Shown: positions 1-8,412 of the stretch, piece by piece
Position numbering within the stretch: the first letter of the stretch is position 1
How the letters are laid out: each line of letters starts with the position of its first letter
Program-made: the position numbers and the translations under genes
Assembly: GCA_965238175.1 (NCBI GenBank)
Contig: CBDEGZ010000003.1
Span: 2,240,001-2,304,000 of the forward strand
DNA: 64,000 nt
Direction of reading: 5' to 3'
DNA from: Gammaproteobacteria bacterium
GTDB taxonomy: Bacteria; Pseudomonadota; Gammaproteobacteria; CAJXQU01
Notes under the pieces: model-generated
The model's database searches: none
The model's input: only the letters and a program-made list of their open reading frames with translations
What the model was told of the DNA's origin: nothing

Positions 1-1
1 T

Positions 2-253
2 GATCGCGTTGAAGAAAAAATTGACACGATAAAAGTTGACGCTGACAGGCGTTTAGACAGTCATTCCGACAGAATTTTGATGATTGAGAAAAATTTTGAA
101 AAATTACCCCAGATTAGTGATATTTCTCACATACAAGATACGTTGGGAGTGATAAACCGCGAGGTCGGTGAGCTTAGTTCAAAACTAACTGCCACCTACA
201 ATATGTTATCTATTCATCAAGAATTTTTGATGAACCAAAATAAAAAGGGATAA
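2..253 (+). CDS. 3' part of Mu gp25-like (DUF2730-like) coiled-coil protein, truncated by window edge
   Basis: Open frame DRVEEKIDTIKVDADRRLDSHSDRILMIEKNFEKLP...QEFLMNQNKKG* ending TAA 251-253; position directly before gp26-like gene. Confidence 0.6.
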   Translation, partial: DRVEEKIDTIKVDADRRLDSHSDRILMIEKNFEKLPQISDISHIQDTLGVINREVGELSSKLTATYNMLSIHQEFLMNQNKKG

Positions 254-268
254 AGGAGCGGGTTTATT

Positions 269-565
269 ATGGAAATTTATAGGCAACTAATACGCCAACA
301 CCGGCGCTTATTGATTTTACAACTTCTAGAAGAGTCTAACGACTACAAAATCAACGAAACAATTCTCAACGAAATGATTGAGATTAGATTATCTCCGACG
401 CCTCAAGACGTGGTTCGATCTGATCTGCAATGGTTGGATGAACAGGGGTTGGTAGAGATCGACATTCTGGGCGACTTATGGGTACCAAAGTTAGCTGTAC
501 GAGGCCTTGACGCTGCCAAAGGTATTGCAAGAGTACCGGGTGTTTCCAGACCAAGGCCGAAATAA
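269..565 (+). CDS. Mu gp26-like winged-helix protein
   Basis: RRLLILQLL...DLQWLDEQGLV...RGLDAAKG..RVPGVSRPRP pattern typical of gp26; synteny. Confidence 0.85.
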   Translation: MEIYRQLIRQHRRLLILQLLEESNDYKINETILNEMIEIRLSPTPQDVVRSDLQWLDEQGLVEIDILGDLWVPKLAVRGLDAAKGIARVPGVSRPRPK

Positions 566-1128
566 TGGCAAAACGGTCTACAATCGAATTGCTGGATGTC
601 TCAATCAAATCAGAAGTTGATCTTCTTATTCGTGACGGTAAGACACTTGATCAGATAATTGATCATCTGCGAAATTTAGGCGATGAAGACACCAGCCGTT
701 CAGCTGTTGGTCGATATGCGAAACGCTCTCGTGAACAAATGAAGCGGTACCAGGAAGCTCAGCAAGTTGCGAAAGTTTGGATCGGTAGATTAGAAGAAGA
801 TCCAACGGGCGACGTTGGGCGATTGTTATCTGAAATGTTGCGCGTTGTTGCTTTTGAACAAATAGGAACCATGAGCAGTGATAAAGATATTGTGATTGAT
901 CCGAAAGATATTATGTTCTTATCTAACGCGATTAAAAACCTTGCAGGGGCTGATAAGACCAGTGCTGATCGTGAATTAAAAATTCGTGATCAGGTGGCAA
1001 AAGAGACCGCCAAAAAAGCCGCCACAGAAGCGGTTAAGGTTGCTAAAAAAGGTGGTGCGTCTGAAGAGACATTAGAAGCAATTCGAGCTGGTATTTTGGG
1101 TATTACTCTACAAGGTTCGGCAGCATAA
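565..1128 (+). CDS. Mu gp27-like (DUF3486) putative small terminase
   Basis: MAKRSTIELL...SRSAVGRY motif; immediately upstream of large terminase. Confidence 0.85.
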   Translation: MAKRSTIELLDVSIKSEVDLLIRDGKTLDQIIDHLRNLGDEDTSRSAVGRYAKRSREQMKRYQEAQQVAKVWIGRLEEDPTGDVGRLLSEMLRVVAFEQIGTMSSDKDIVIDPKDIMFLSNAIKNLAGADKTSADRELKIRDQVAKETAKKAATEAVKVAKKGGASEETLEAIRAGILGITLQGSAA

Positions 1129-2678
1129 TGAGTGCCGCAGAAAAAATTCCACATGCGGTACTGCTGGAATATCAACAAGACTGGGTAGCGGATAAATCAC
1201 CAATAAAACTTTGTGAAAAATCACGCCGAATTGGTCTTAGTTGGTGTGATGCTTCTGATTCTGTTTTAACGTCTTCAGGTACAAAAGAAGCCGGTGGTAT
1301 GGATTGCTGGTATGTTGGTTACAACAAAGACATGGCGATGGAATACATCCGTGACTGTGCTTTTTGGGCTAAACACTTCGACATTGCTGCGGGCGAAATG
1401 CAGGAAGAAATTCTGGTCGATGAAGATAAAGATATTCTCACGTATGTGATCCATTTTGCATCTGGTTTCAGAATCACCGCGTTATCGTCTCGGCCTTCAA
1501 ACCTTCGTGGTAAGCAAGGTAAAGTTATTCTCGACGAAGCCGCATTCCATGATGATTTATCGGGATTAGTCAAAGCCGCTGTTGCACTTTTAATTTGGGG
1601 TGGTCGTGTTGTTATTGTCAGCACACACAATGGTGACACCAATAAATTTAATGAATTAATTCAAGATACGCTGGCAGGTAAGCTAGATTATAGCCTGCAT
1701 AAAATCACCTTTAAAGATGCCATTAAACAGGGTTTGTTCAAACGTATATGCCTTGTCACAAAACAAGAATGGACGCAGGAAAAACAAGATGAATGGGTTG
1801 CGGGGATGTACACAACCTACGGTGATGATTCTCAAGAAGAGCTTGATGTCATTCCATCCAGTGGGTCAGGAACCTATCTAAGCCGAGCAATTATTGAAGG
1901 TGTAATGAAAGAAGGAATTCCCGTTCTTCGTTACGACATGCCTGACAGTTTCACCCATCAGCCAGAACATATTCGAGAAGCGGAAACTAGAGATTGGTGT
2001 GAACAAAATCTTTTACCACTTCTGAAAAATCTTGATCCAAATCTACGTCATTTTTTCGGATCTGATTTTGCGCGTTCTGGTGACGTAAGTGTTTTACGAA
2101 TTTTGGAAGAGTTACGAACAATGCATTTGACCGAACCGTTTTTGGTTGAAATGCGCAATATTCCATTTGACCAGCAGCGTCAAATTTTATTCTACATACT
2201 TGATCGTCTTCCACGTTTTGTTGGTGGCGCAATGGATGCCAGAGGTAACGGACAATACATGGCGGAAGTTGCACAGCAAAAATATGGCGTGAATCGAATT
2301 GAAGGTGTGATGGCATCACCGACCTGGTACATCACCAATATGCCACGTTTCAAAGCTCATTTTGAAGACCAGACATTTACCATTGCAAAACATCCAGATG
2401 TACTAGCGGATTTACGTTTGATCAAAAAAGAAAAAGGTGTGGCGAAAGTACCAGAAGGAGCAAAAACACGAGGTACTGATGGAAAGGATCGACATGGTGA
2501 TAGTGCCATAGCTTTAGTGCTTGCAAGTTATGCGGCAGCCAACATCGAAGGTGGTGAGTTTGACTACACGCCAGCAAACGACAAGAAGGAACGCTGGGAT
2601 GGTAAAGCGGAAGAAGATAGCTGGAATAAATCAACAATGGCAGATGATTTACCGAGTTCTGAAGCGGGGTGTCTTTGA
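1128..2678 (+). CDS. Terminase large subunit (Mu gp28-like)
   Basis: LLEYQQDW, EKSRRIGLSW (Walker A), VILDEAAFH (Walker B), GSDFARSGD and RHGDSAIA nuclease motifs. Confidence 0.95.
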   Translation: MSAAEKIPHAVLLEYQQDWVADKSPIKLCEKSRRIGLSWCDASDSVLTSSGTKEAGGMDCWYVGYNKDMAMEYIRDCAFWAKHFDIAAGEMQEEILVDEDKDILTYVIHFASGFRITALSSRPSNLRGKQGKVILDEAAFHDDLSGLVKAAVALLIWGGRVVIVSTHNGDTNKFNELIQDTLAGKLDYSLHKITFKDAIKQGLFKRICLVTKQEWTQEKQDEWVAGMYTTYGDDSQEELDVIPSSGSGTYLSRAIIEGVMKEGIPVLRYDMPDSFTHQPEHIREAETRDWCEQNLLPLLKNLDPNLRHFFGSDFARSGDVSVLRILEELRTMHLTEPFLVEMRNIPFDQQRQILFYILDRLPRFVGGAMDARGNGQYMAEVAQQKYGVNRIEGVMASPTWYITNMPRFKAHFEDQTFTIAKHPDVLADLRLIKKEKGVAKVPEGAKTRGTDGKDRHGDSAIALVLASYAAANIEGGEFDYTPANDKKERWDGKAEEDSWNKSTMADDLPSSEAGCL

Positions 2679-2857
2679 TGGGTAACGACGTAGTGTTATT
2701 GATAAAAGGTGCAATAACTGAGTGTACCGAAGAAGAGCAGGCAAGCATTTATGAATGTAAAAGTATTCTTGATCAAGTGGTCACGCATTATGGGAGTGCT
2801 GCAATATTTGCGTTGGCTTTAGTGGGTGCCGAACAGCAGGAGAAGGTAAATACATGA
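2669..2857 (+). CDS. Small hypothetical phage protein
   Basis: 62-aa ORF overlapping terminase stop and portal start. Confidence 0.55.
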   Translation: MSLMGNDVVLLIKGAITECTEEEQASIYECKSILDQVVTHYGSAAIFALALVGAEQQEKVNT

Positions 2858-4542
2858 TAGTCGACATACACGGTAATCCAATTAAAAAACCTGATCTGAA
2901 GGACAATCAGTCAGCTAAACTCAGTTCACTTCAACATGAATTTGCAGGACATCCTTCTCGCGGATTAACGCCTGCAAAAGCGGCGAGTATAGTCGACATA
3001 CACGATAATCCAATTAAAAAACCTGATCTGAAGGACAATCAGTCAGCTAAACTCAGTTCACTTCAACATGAATTTGCAGGACATCCTTCTCGCGGATTAA
3101 CGCCTGCAAAAGCGGCGAGTATTTTGCAATCAGCTGAGCAAGGTGATCTGATCGCACAATTTGATCTGTTCGAAGACATGGAAGAAAAAGACACTCAGAT
3201 CTTATCGGAAATGTCGAAACGTAAACGGGCATTAATGAAGCTGGGTTGGTCAATTAAACCACCAAGAAACGCAACTGCTCAAGAAATGAAAGCCACAGAA
3301 CAAGTGGCCGAATTGGTAGCCTCAATCAATGATGTTGAAGATATCATCTTTGATTTGGCTGATGGCATAGGCAAAGGTTTTTCATGTCTTGAATACGAAG
3401 GTGGCTGGCAACAATACGATAACGAATGGCTACCAAAAAGAATTACCTACCGTCCACAACGTTGGTTTACTACACCGCAAAATAAACAGAATGAAATACG
3501 ACTACGCGGTAATGGTGGTGATGGTGATCCACTCTGGCATTTTGGTTGGATTTGTCATCATCACAAATCACGATCAGGTTACATCGGGCGATCAGGATTA
3601 TTCCGCACACTCGTTTGGCCCTACATATTTAAAAACTATTCAGTTCGAGATTTAGCCGAATTTCTGGAAATTTACGGCTTGCCTTTACGACTTGGAAAAT
3701 ATCCATCGGGTGCATCGAATACAGAAAAAATGACCTTGCTTAAAGCGGTCGTCAACATCGGACATGATGCAGCAGGGATCATTCCCCAGGGAATGGAGAT
3801 TGATTTCAAAGAAGCAGCCAAAGGAGATAAAGATCCATTCGAATATATGATCGGCTGGTGTGAGCGTTCAATATCAAAAGTAATCACCGGCACAACTGCA
3901 CCAACCGATGGCGCAAGCTCTGGCGGCAACCGTGCGCTGGGTGATTATTCGAAAGAAGTACTTTGGGATATCACCGTCAGTGATGCACGACAAATTGATT
4001 CGACGTTGACCAAAGATTTAGTCTGGCCAATAACCGCCCTTAATACTGGCATAACCGATCCGCGTCGTTCACCACGCTGGGTGTCTGACACAAATGAATA
4101 TGAAGATATTAAATTGTTTTCTGCGTCACTACCGAACCTGGTCGATATCGGCATGGAAATTCCAGAACAGTGGGCTAAACAAAAAATCGGTGTTCCGGAA
4201 GTTGAAGAAGGTAAAAAAATATTACAACGTTCGGCCAGCGTAACTGTTCCAGTAGAAGCAGCAAGTGCAGCCGCTAGAGCAGCATTAAAAGCTGAAGTTG
4301 TTGAACGTGATTTGGCCGATGCTCTGGCCGACCAGATAGAAAAACAAACCAATGCAGCTACCACGGAAATGATTGAAAAAATACGAAAGATTGCGCTCAA
4401 GGCAGACAGCCTGCAACAACTCAGTGATGAATTAATAGCTGCCTTTAAATATTTGGATGAAACCAAACTAGCAGAAATCATGCGCATGGGTTTTGCCGTC
4501 GCAGAGCTTGGCGGTCGTTATGAAGCTCAGGAGAGTATTTGA
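2854..4542 (+). CDS. Portal protein (Mu gp29, DUF935) with duplicated N-terminal 44 aa
   Basis: HPSRGLTP, LFEDMEEKD, FLEIYGLPLRLGKYP motifs; synteny. Confidence 0.93.
   Translation: MIVDIHGNPIKKPDLKDNQSAKLSSLQHEFAGHPSRGLTPAKAASIVDIHDNPIKKPDLKDNQSAKLSSLQHEFAGHPSRGLTPAKAASILQSAEQGDLIAQFDLFEDMEEKDTQILSEMSKRKRALMKLGWSIKPPRNATAQEMKATEQVAELVASINDVEDIIFDLADGIGKGFSCLEYEGGWQQYDNEWLPKRITYRPQRWFTTPQNKQNEIRLRGNGGDGDPLWHFGWICHHHKSRSGYIGRSGLFRTLVWPYIFKNYSVRDLAEFLEIYGLPLRLGKYPSGASNTEKMTLLKAVVNIGHDAAGIIPQGMEIDFKEAAKGDKDPFEYMIGWCERSISKVITGTTAPTDGASSGGNRALGDYSKEVLWDITVSDARQIDSTLTKDLVWPITALNTGITDPRRSPRWVSDTNEYEDIKLFSASLPNLVDIGMEIPEQWAKQKIGVPEVEEGKKILQRSASVTVPVEAASAAARAALKAEVVERDLADALADQIEKQTNAATTEMIEKIRKIALKADSLQQLSDELIAAFKYLDETKLAEIMRMGFAVAELGGRYEAQESI
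2857..3120 (+). repeat. 132-bp in-frame tandem duplication in portal gene
   Basis: 2857-2988 and 2989-3120 identical except one base (GGT/GAT). Confidence 0.95.
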
Positions 4543-4688
4543 TGCTTTTTGAATTTCACATGCCGCCGCCGCAACCTTATAAATTTTGGCATGAAGAACT
4601 TGCTTACCAAGATAGGCAATCGCGTAGAGCCGGTGCCGCAACAAAAAAGAAAAGAAAAAACCGACGCTTGAATAAACGAAAAAAATAG
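4542..4688 (+). CDS. Small basic hypothetical protein (48 aa), not in ORF track
   Basis: ATG overlaps portal TGA; MLFEFHMPPPQPYKFWHEE...KKKRKNRRLNKRKK*; stop abuts next ATG. Confidence 0.5.
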   Translation: MLFEFHMPPPQPYKFWHEELAYQDRQSRRAGAATKKKRKNRRLNKRKK

Positions 4689-4937
4689 ATGGGTCTAATT
4701 ATTATGCAACGCAAAAAAACTATCGGTAAAAAAGCAAATTCGACACAGGTCGGCGGCCAGCATTACAAATCAAAAAACATTCAGCCGTGGGATTACATCG
4801 CCGTAAATGGCCTGGGTTTTTTCGAAGGGAATATTGTCAAGTATGTGACTCGTCACAATGATAAAAATGGTGTCGAGGATTTGAAAAAGGCGCGGCACTA
4901 TCTGGATAAATTGATCGAGTTGCAAAGCGCTAAATAG
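4689..4937 (+). CDS. DUF3310-family protein (T7 gp1.7/SaV-related)
   Basis: QVGGQHYK...IQPWDYI...FFEGNIVKYVTR..DKNGVEDLKKARHYLDKLIE signature. Confidence 0.88.
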   Translation: MGLIIMQRKKTIGKKANSTQVGGQHYKSKNIQPWDYIAVNGLGFFEGNIVKYVTRHNDKNGVEDLKKARHYLDKLIELQSAK

Positions 4938-4964
4938 CTTCATACGTGTTCTTGAAAAACAAGT

Positions 4965-5156
4965 ATGAAATGGGAAAAGAAAACAGAATATTACCTGTTA
5001 TCAGATAAAGGCTGGAAGATATCTAGAGCCTTTGTAAAGGGCAAACAAAAATTCACACTCTGGCAGCCTGATAAAAAAGAACATTCATATTTTAGAAATG
5101 CTGGAACGTTTAGAACAACTAAGGATGCAAAGAGCAAAGCAGAATGTCTAAAGTAA
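4965..5156 (+). CDS. Hypothetical phage protein
   Basis: 63-aa ORF within tightly packed cassette. Confidence 0.55.
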   Translation: MKWEKKTEYYLLSDKGWKISRAFVKGKQKFTLWQPDKKEHSYFRNAGTFRTTKDAKSKAECLK

Positions 5157-5347
5157 CTAAAGAAGAAAAGGACTTTGTTGAACAATTTAAAGATCAAAAA
5201 TACCCAAATCTAGGAACGTTTAAAAATAGAAAAAAACATAAGCCAACATGGAACGATAATGATGCAATTAGTGCGGGTATGGATGCTGCTAAAGATGTGA
5301 ATTTGCATCATGGCGTTGATGGTGCTGAGCGGAATTTGTTGATGTGA
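5144..5347 (+). CDS. Hypothetical protein, possibly C-terminal remnant of a Mu-type DUF2786 protein
   Basis: C-terminus DAISAGMDAAKDVNLHHGVDG resembles such termini from memory; unverified. Confidence 0.4.
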   Translation: MSKVTKEEKDFVEQFKDQKYPNLGTFKNRKKHKPTWNDNDAISAGMDAAKDVNLHHGVDGAERNLLM

Positions 5348-5598
5348 GTCTGGCAACGCTGAAGCTTATAATTCGGAAAAATAACAAACCAACAATATGG
5401 GAATTAAAGGGTGAAAAAATAAAGCCTTGTCCGTTTTGCGGAAGTTCAGATATTCATCTAGCTGAAGACGAAGGACTTGTTATTGGAGATCATACCTTGC
5501 ATTGGTGTTCATGCAGTGATTGTGGTTGCGAAGGTCCTTATAGAGATTGTAGGTTGAATGCTATTGCTGTTTGGCAAAGAAGGAATGATCCTAAGTGA
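5344..5598 (+). CDS. Lar-family restriction-alleviation / Zn-ribbon protein
   Basis: IKPCPFCGS...CSDCGCEGP...AIAVWQRR pattern. Confidence 0.8.
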   Translation: MSLATLKLIIRKNNKPTIWELKGEKIKPCPFCGSSDIHLAEDEGLVIGDHTLHWCSCSDCGCEGPYRDCRLNAIAVWQRRNDPK

Positions 5599-5641
5599 AA
5601 AATTTGAATGTTGATGTTAGTTGTGAATTTCGAGGTTTACT

Positions 5642-5926
5642 ATGAATAAAACAGAAATGTTGTTAGTGATTTTAATGGAAGAATGCAACGAATTAGCACA
5701 GCAAGCATCAAAAGCTATACGGTTTGGTATTGATCAACAACGTGACTTACCAACAAGCAACAGGCAAAGATTGATAGCAGAATGGAATGACTTAATTGCA
5801 GTTGTTGAAATGTTAGAACGTGAGGGTATTGATTTACAGCCTGACCCTGCCGCGATACTCTCAAAAAAGAAAAAAGTTGATCGATATATGTCTTACTCTT
5901 CGGAGCTAGGTACTTTAAAAGTATAG
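5642..5926 (+). CDS. MazG-like nucleotide pyrophosphohydrolase fold protein
   Basis: LMEECNELAQQASKAIRFG...EWNDL (EExxE...ExxD acidic motif). Confidence 0.7.
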   Translation: MNKTEMLLVILMEECNELAQQASKAIRFGIDQQRDLPTSNRQRLIAEWNDLIAVVEMLEREGIDLQPDPAAILSKKKKVDRYMSYSSELGTLKV

Positions 5927-5938
5927 CTGAATATTTTC

Positions 5939-6730
5939 ATGCCAACAGACTACACCGCCCTTCCCTTCATAGAACAAATAACCTTCTTCCGGAACAAGGT
6001 AAACACTCCTACCGCCACATGGCGTGATGTCTGGAAGTCAGGACACGACAAAGGCTTTATGGTTGCGGGTGCGGCGAAAGCTGATCTGCTTGAAGATTTC
6101 CGACAAACGATCGATAAGATGATCGCTCAAGGAATGACGATTAAAGACTTTCGTGATGATTTTGATCGGATCGTCAAAACACATGGCTGGGAATACAACG
6201 GTGGTCGAGGCTGGCGAACTCGCGTGATTTACGAAACCAATCTGCGTACGAGTTATCAAGCAGGTCGCTTTGCACAATTGACCAATCCTAAGCTACTCAA
6301 GTCACGCCCATTCTGGCGTTATCATCATTCTGATTCAGTGCAACACCCTCGGCCTTTACATTTGAAATGGCATAACACCATTTTGCACTCGACTAACAGG
6401 TGGTGGTTAACACATTTTGCACCAAATGGCTGGGGCTGCAAATGTAAAATATTTGCAGAATCACAGCGCACCCTGGAAAAACGCTACGGTAAAACAAAAA
6501 CTGATCCAACGCCGAATGATGGGATTGTCGATGGCCGTCCAGCGGGCATTGATGAGGGCTGGGATTATGCACCGGGTGCATCAGTGGCAGAAGTGACTCG
6601 TAAACAAGTCCTGAAGAAAGCTAGAAAGCTACCGAAGGTATTAAAAGATTCATTGATTGATCGCATCAAAAATATTCCAGCGGTCGGTTTGCTGCCAGAT
6701 GAAGATATTGACACGGATACGGAACAATGA
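5939..6730 (+). CDS. Mu gpF (gp30)-like head morphogenesis protein
   Basis: FMVAGA, VIYETNLRTSYQAGR, PRPLH, PNGWGCKC, GIDEGWDYAPG motifs. Confidence 0.92.
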   Translation: MPTDYTALPFIEQITFFRNKVNTPTATWRDVWKSGHDKGFMVAGAAKADLLEDFRQTIDKMIAQGMTIKDFRDDFDRIVKTHGWEYNGGRGWRTRVIYETNLRTSYQAGRFAQLTNPKLLKSRPFWRYHHSDSVQHPRPLHLKWHNTILHSTNRWWLTHFAPNGWGCKCKIFAESQRTLEKRYGKTKTDPTPNDGIVDGRPAGIDEGWDYAPGASVAEVTRKQVLKKARKLPKVLKDSLIDRIKNIPAVGLLPDEDIDTDTEQ

Positions 6731-7188
6731 CAGGCGCAACTATAACTGTTGATATAGATGACGATTCTGTTCAAGCGTCATTCCGGCGTCTACTTGAGTT
6801 GGGTGGCGATGCATCAGATGTGACAGAAGAAATCCGTGAAGCATTATTGATCAGCCATCAAGACAGGTTTGACCAACAAGTTGACCCGGACGGTGAACCC
6901 TGGGCACCATTATCACCAGCCTACAAAAAACAAAAAGAAAAAAAGCGACCCGGCAAAGGCATACTTGTTTATGATGAAATAATGTCATTGCTGGTGTCTG
7001 AAGCCACAGATGATGAAGTACGTATCGGGACAGGCCCACAATCAAAAGATTATGCCGCTGCACAAAATTTTGGTTATGCACCTAATAACTTAACATCACG
7101 AACCTTTCTTGGCTTCTCAGAACAAGATCAGGAAGAAGCTGTGGAGATATTACAGGAGCACATTAATAGATTATTAAGTGGCATTTAA
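6727..7188 (+). CDS. Mu gpG-like virion morphogenesis protein
   Basis: RFDQQVDPDGEPWAPLSP, YAAAQNFG, RTFLGFS motifs. Confidence 0.9.
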   Translation: MTGATITVDIDDDSVQASFRRLLELGGDASDVTEEIREALLISHQDRFDQQVDPDGEPWAPLSPAYKKQKEKKRPGKGILVYDEIMSLLVSEATDDEVRIGTGPQSKDYAAAQNFGYAPNNLTSRTFLGFSEQDQEEAVEILQEHINRLLSGI

Positions 7189-7218
7189 AAAAGCCCGACC
7201 ATCCAATGGCCGGGCTTT
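7187..7218. terminator. Probable intrinsic terminator after gpG
   Basis: AAAGCCCG(7190-7197)...CGGGCTTT(7211-7218) hairpin flanked by A/T tracts. Confidence 0.65.
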
Positions 7219-7357
7219 AACATGGAGGTTATTAAGAGCCATGCTTTAACTCTGAATAATAACCAGTCCAATAATATTAAATAACTATCACTCAGATCAA
7301 CCTCAAAGCTGCAAACTATTGTTATCTATCACCCTACAAATTAATTTCAAAAAGTAC

Positions 7358-7385
7358 TTGCATTAAACGTCATGACGTGTATAAT
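7358..7385 (+). promoter_or_regulatory. Sigma70-type promoter with palindromic operator in spacer
   Basis: TTGCAT(7358-63)-16 bp-TATAAT(7380-85); perfect palindrome ACGTCATGACGT at 7367-7378. Confidence 0.7.
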
Positions 7386-7453
7386 TAGTTACAAGAGTTA
7401 AGCAAAGTGTTTAACTCCTCGCGCCTCGGAGCAACAGGGGCAGGAGAAAGAAA

Positions 7454-7735
7454 ATGAACGAATTAAAAGCTTTTGAACCAGAATACACAGCAACAGTAGA
7501 CAACGAAATAATGAATTGCTACCACAATAATAACCTTGACACGGTGATCAAGCTGACCATTGAAGATGATGCTCAAGAGATTCTTGATGATTGGGCTAGA
7601 TTAGATATCTGGGTCACAGACGTCCAGCTTTTTCAAAAGATGGCCAAAAAGCATAATGTCGAGGTTGATGACATTCATTACGATGAAAATTGCGAATATT
7701 TAATTGCTGATGGCGTGATTTTGGAAGCCGTTTAA
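7454..7735 (+). CDS. Acidic hypothetical protein (moron gene 1)
   Basis: AGGAG RBS; D/E-rich 93 aa. Confidence 0.75.
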   Translation: MNELKAFEPEYTATVDNEIMNCYHNNNLDTVIKLTIEDDAQEILDDWARLDIWVTDVQLFQKMAKKHNVEVDDIHYDENCEYLIADGVILEAV

Positions 7736-7981
7736 TTGACGAATCACCCTAACAGAAATTGGCGTAAACGGTGGACAGTAGATCTGTCCACCTGCACCGC
7801 AACTCACGAGAGTGGCTTTGTAATGACTTACAAGAAAACCAGCGATGAACACATTGACGGTACCTTTGATAATGCAAACGACTGGTTAAAAACACAAAAA
7901 GATAAGACTTCAAAGAAAGTGGAAAAGCTGGTTAGCGAAGCCGGAGTTATTTATAAAGAGGCATTAGATGCAAGACAATAA
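7736..7981 (+). CDS. Hypothetical protein (moron gene 2)
   Basis: TTG start adjacent to previous stop; MTNHPNRNWRKRWTVD... Confidence 0.65.
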   Translation: MTNHPNRNWRKRWTVDLSTCTATHESGFVMTYKKTSDEHIDGTFDNANDWLKTQKDKTSKKVEKLVSEAGVIYKEALDARQ

Positions 7982-8135
7982 AAAACACAACAACTCGCAC
8001 CGCACAAATAAAAAGACCGTGCAATTAGTCTTCACAAAAAAAGAATTTGATCGATTCCAGTTGGCTAAACAAGATTTAAATGCGCGATCCGCAAAAGATC
8101 TAGTTTTAAAGCTGCTAGATAAAGTAAAAAGCTAA
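7968..8135 (+). CDS. Small basic, possibly ribbon-helix-helix DNA-binding protein (55 aa; moron gene 3), not in ORF track
   Basis: MQDNKKHNNSHRTNKKTVQLVFTKKEFDRFQLAKQDLNARSAKDLVLKLLDKVKS*; GAGG upstream; strand-helix-helix pattern. Confidence 0.5.
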   Translation: MQDNKKHNNSHRTNKKTVQLVFTKKEFDRFQLAKQDLNARSAKDLVLKLLDKVKS

Positions 8136-8358
8136 ACACCTCAGTTGCGCTCTAAGCAACGATCTCCCTATTCAGGCTACGATGACAATCTAAAAAATAC
8201 TTAAACGATTTCTCAAAAAATTAAAGGGTAACCAGAGTAGGTTGTGATCTTGATTATGGATGATGATCGCACTGTTACCGTAAAAAGGGCGAAAAACTCT
8301 ATATCGACATTTTATTTGATCTGGTTTAATCTGATCCTTCTGCACCATTCAACTATCC

Positions 8359-8374
8359 GCTGAAGCCCTTCAGC
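8359..8374. promoter_or_regulatory. Dyad upstream of protease gene; candidate late-activator (Mor/C-type) site
   Basis: GCTGAAG-CC-CTTCAGC about 40 bp upstream of gene I, where Mu has late promoter PI. Confidence 0.45.
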
Positions 8375-8412
8375 TTCCGGCAGATCCAACCCTTCGAGAA
8401 AATAGCGGCTCA

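Noticed and set aside
3945-4487. 180-aa antisense ORF and similar shadow ORFs opposite phage, flg, folP and nqr genes
   Set aside because: Fully nested antisense to well-supported genes with no recognisable motifs
4689-5926. 2-aminoadenine (Z-genome) or other base-modification pathway
   Set aside because: DUF3310 and MazG-like genes are present but no PurZ, DatZ or polymerase in the window
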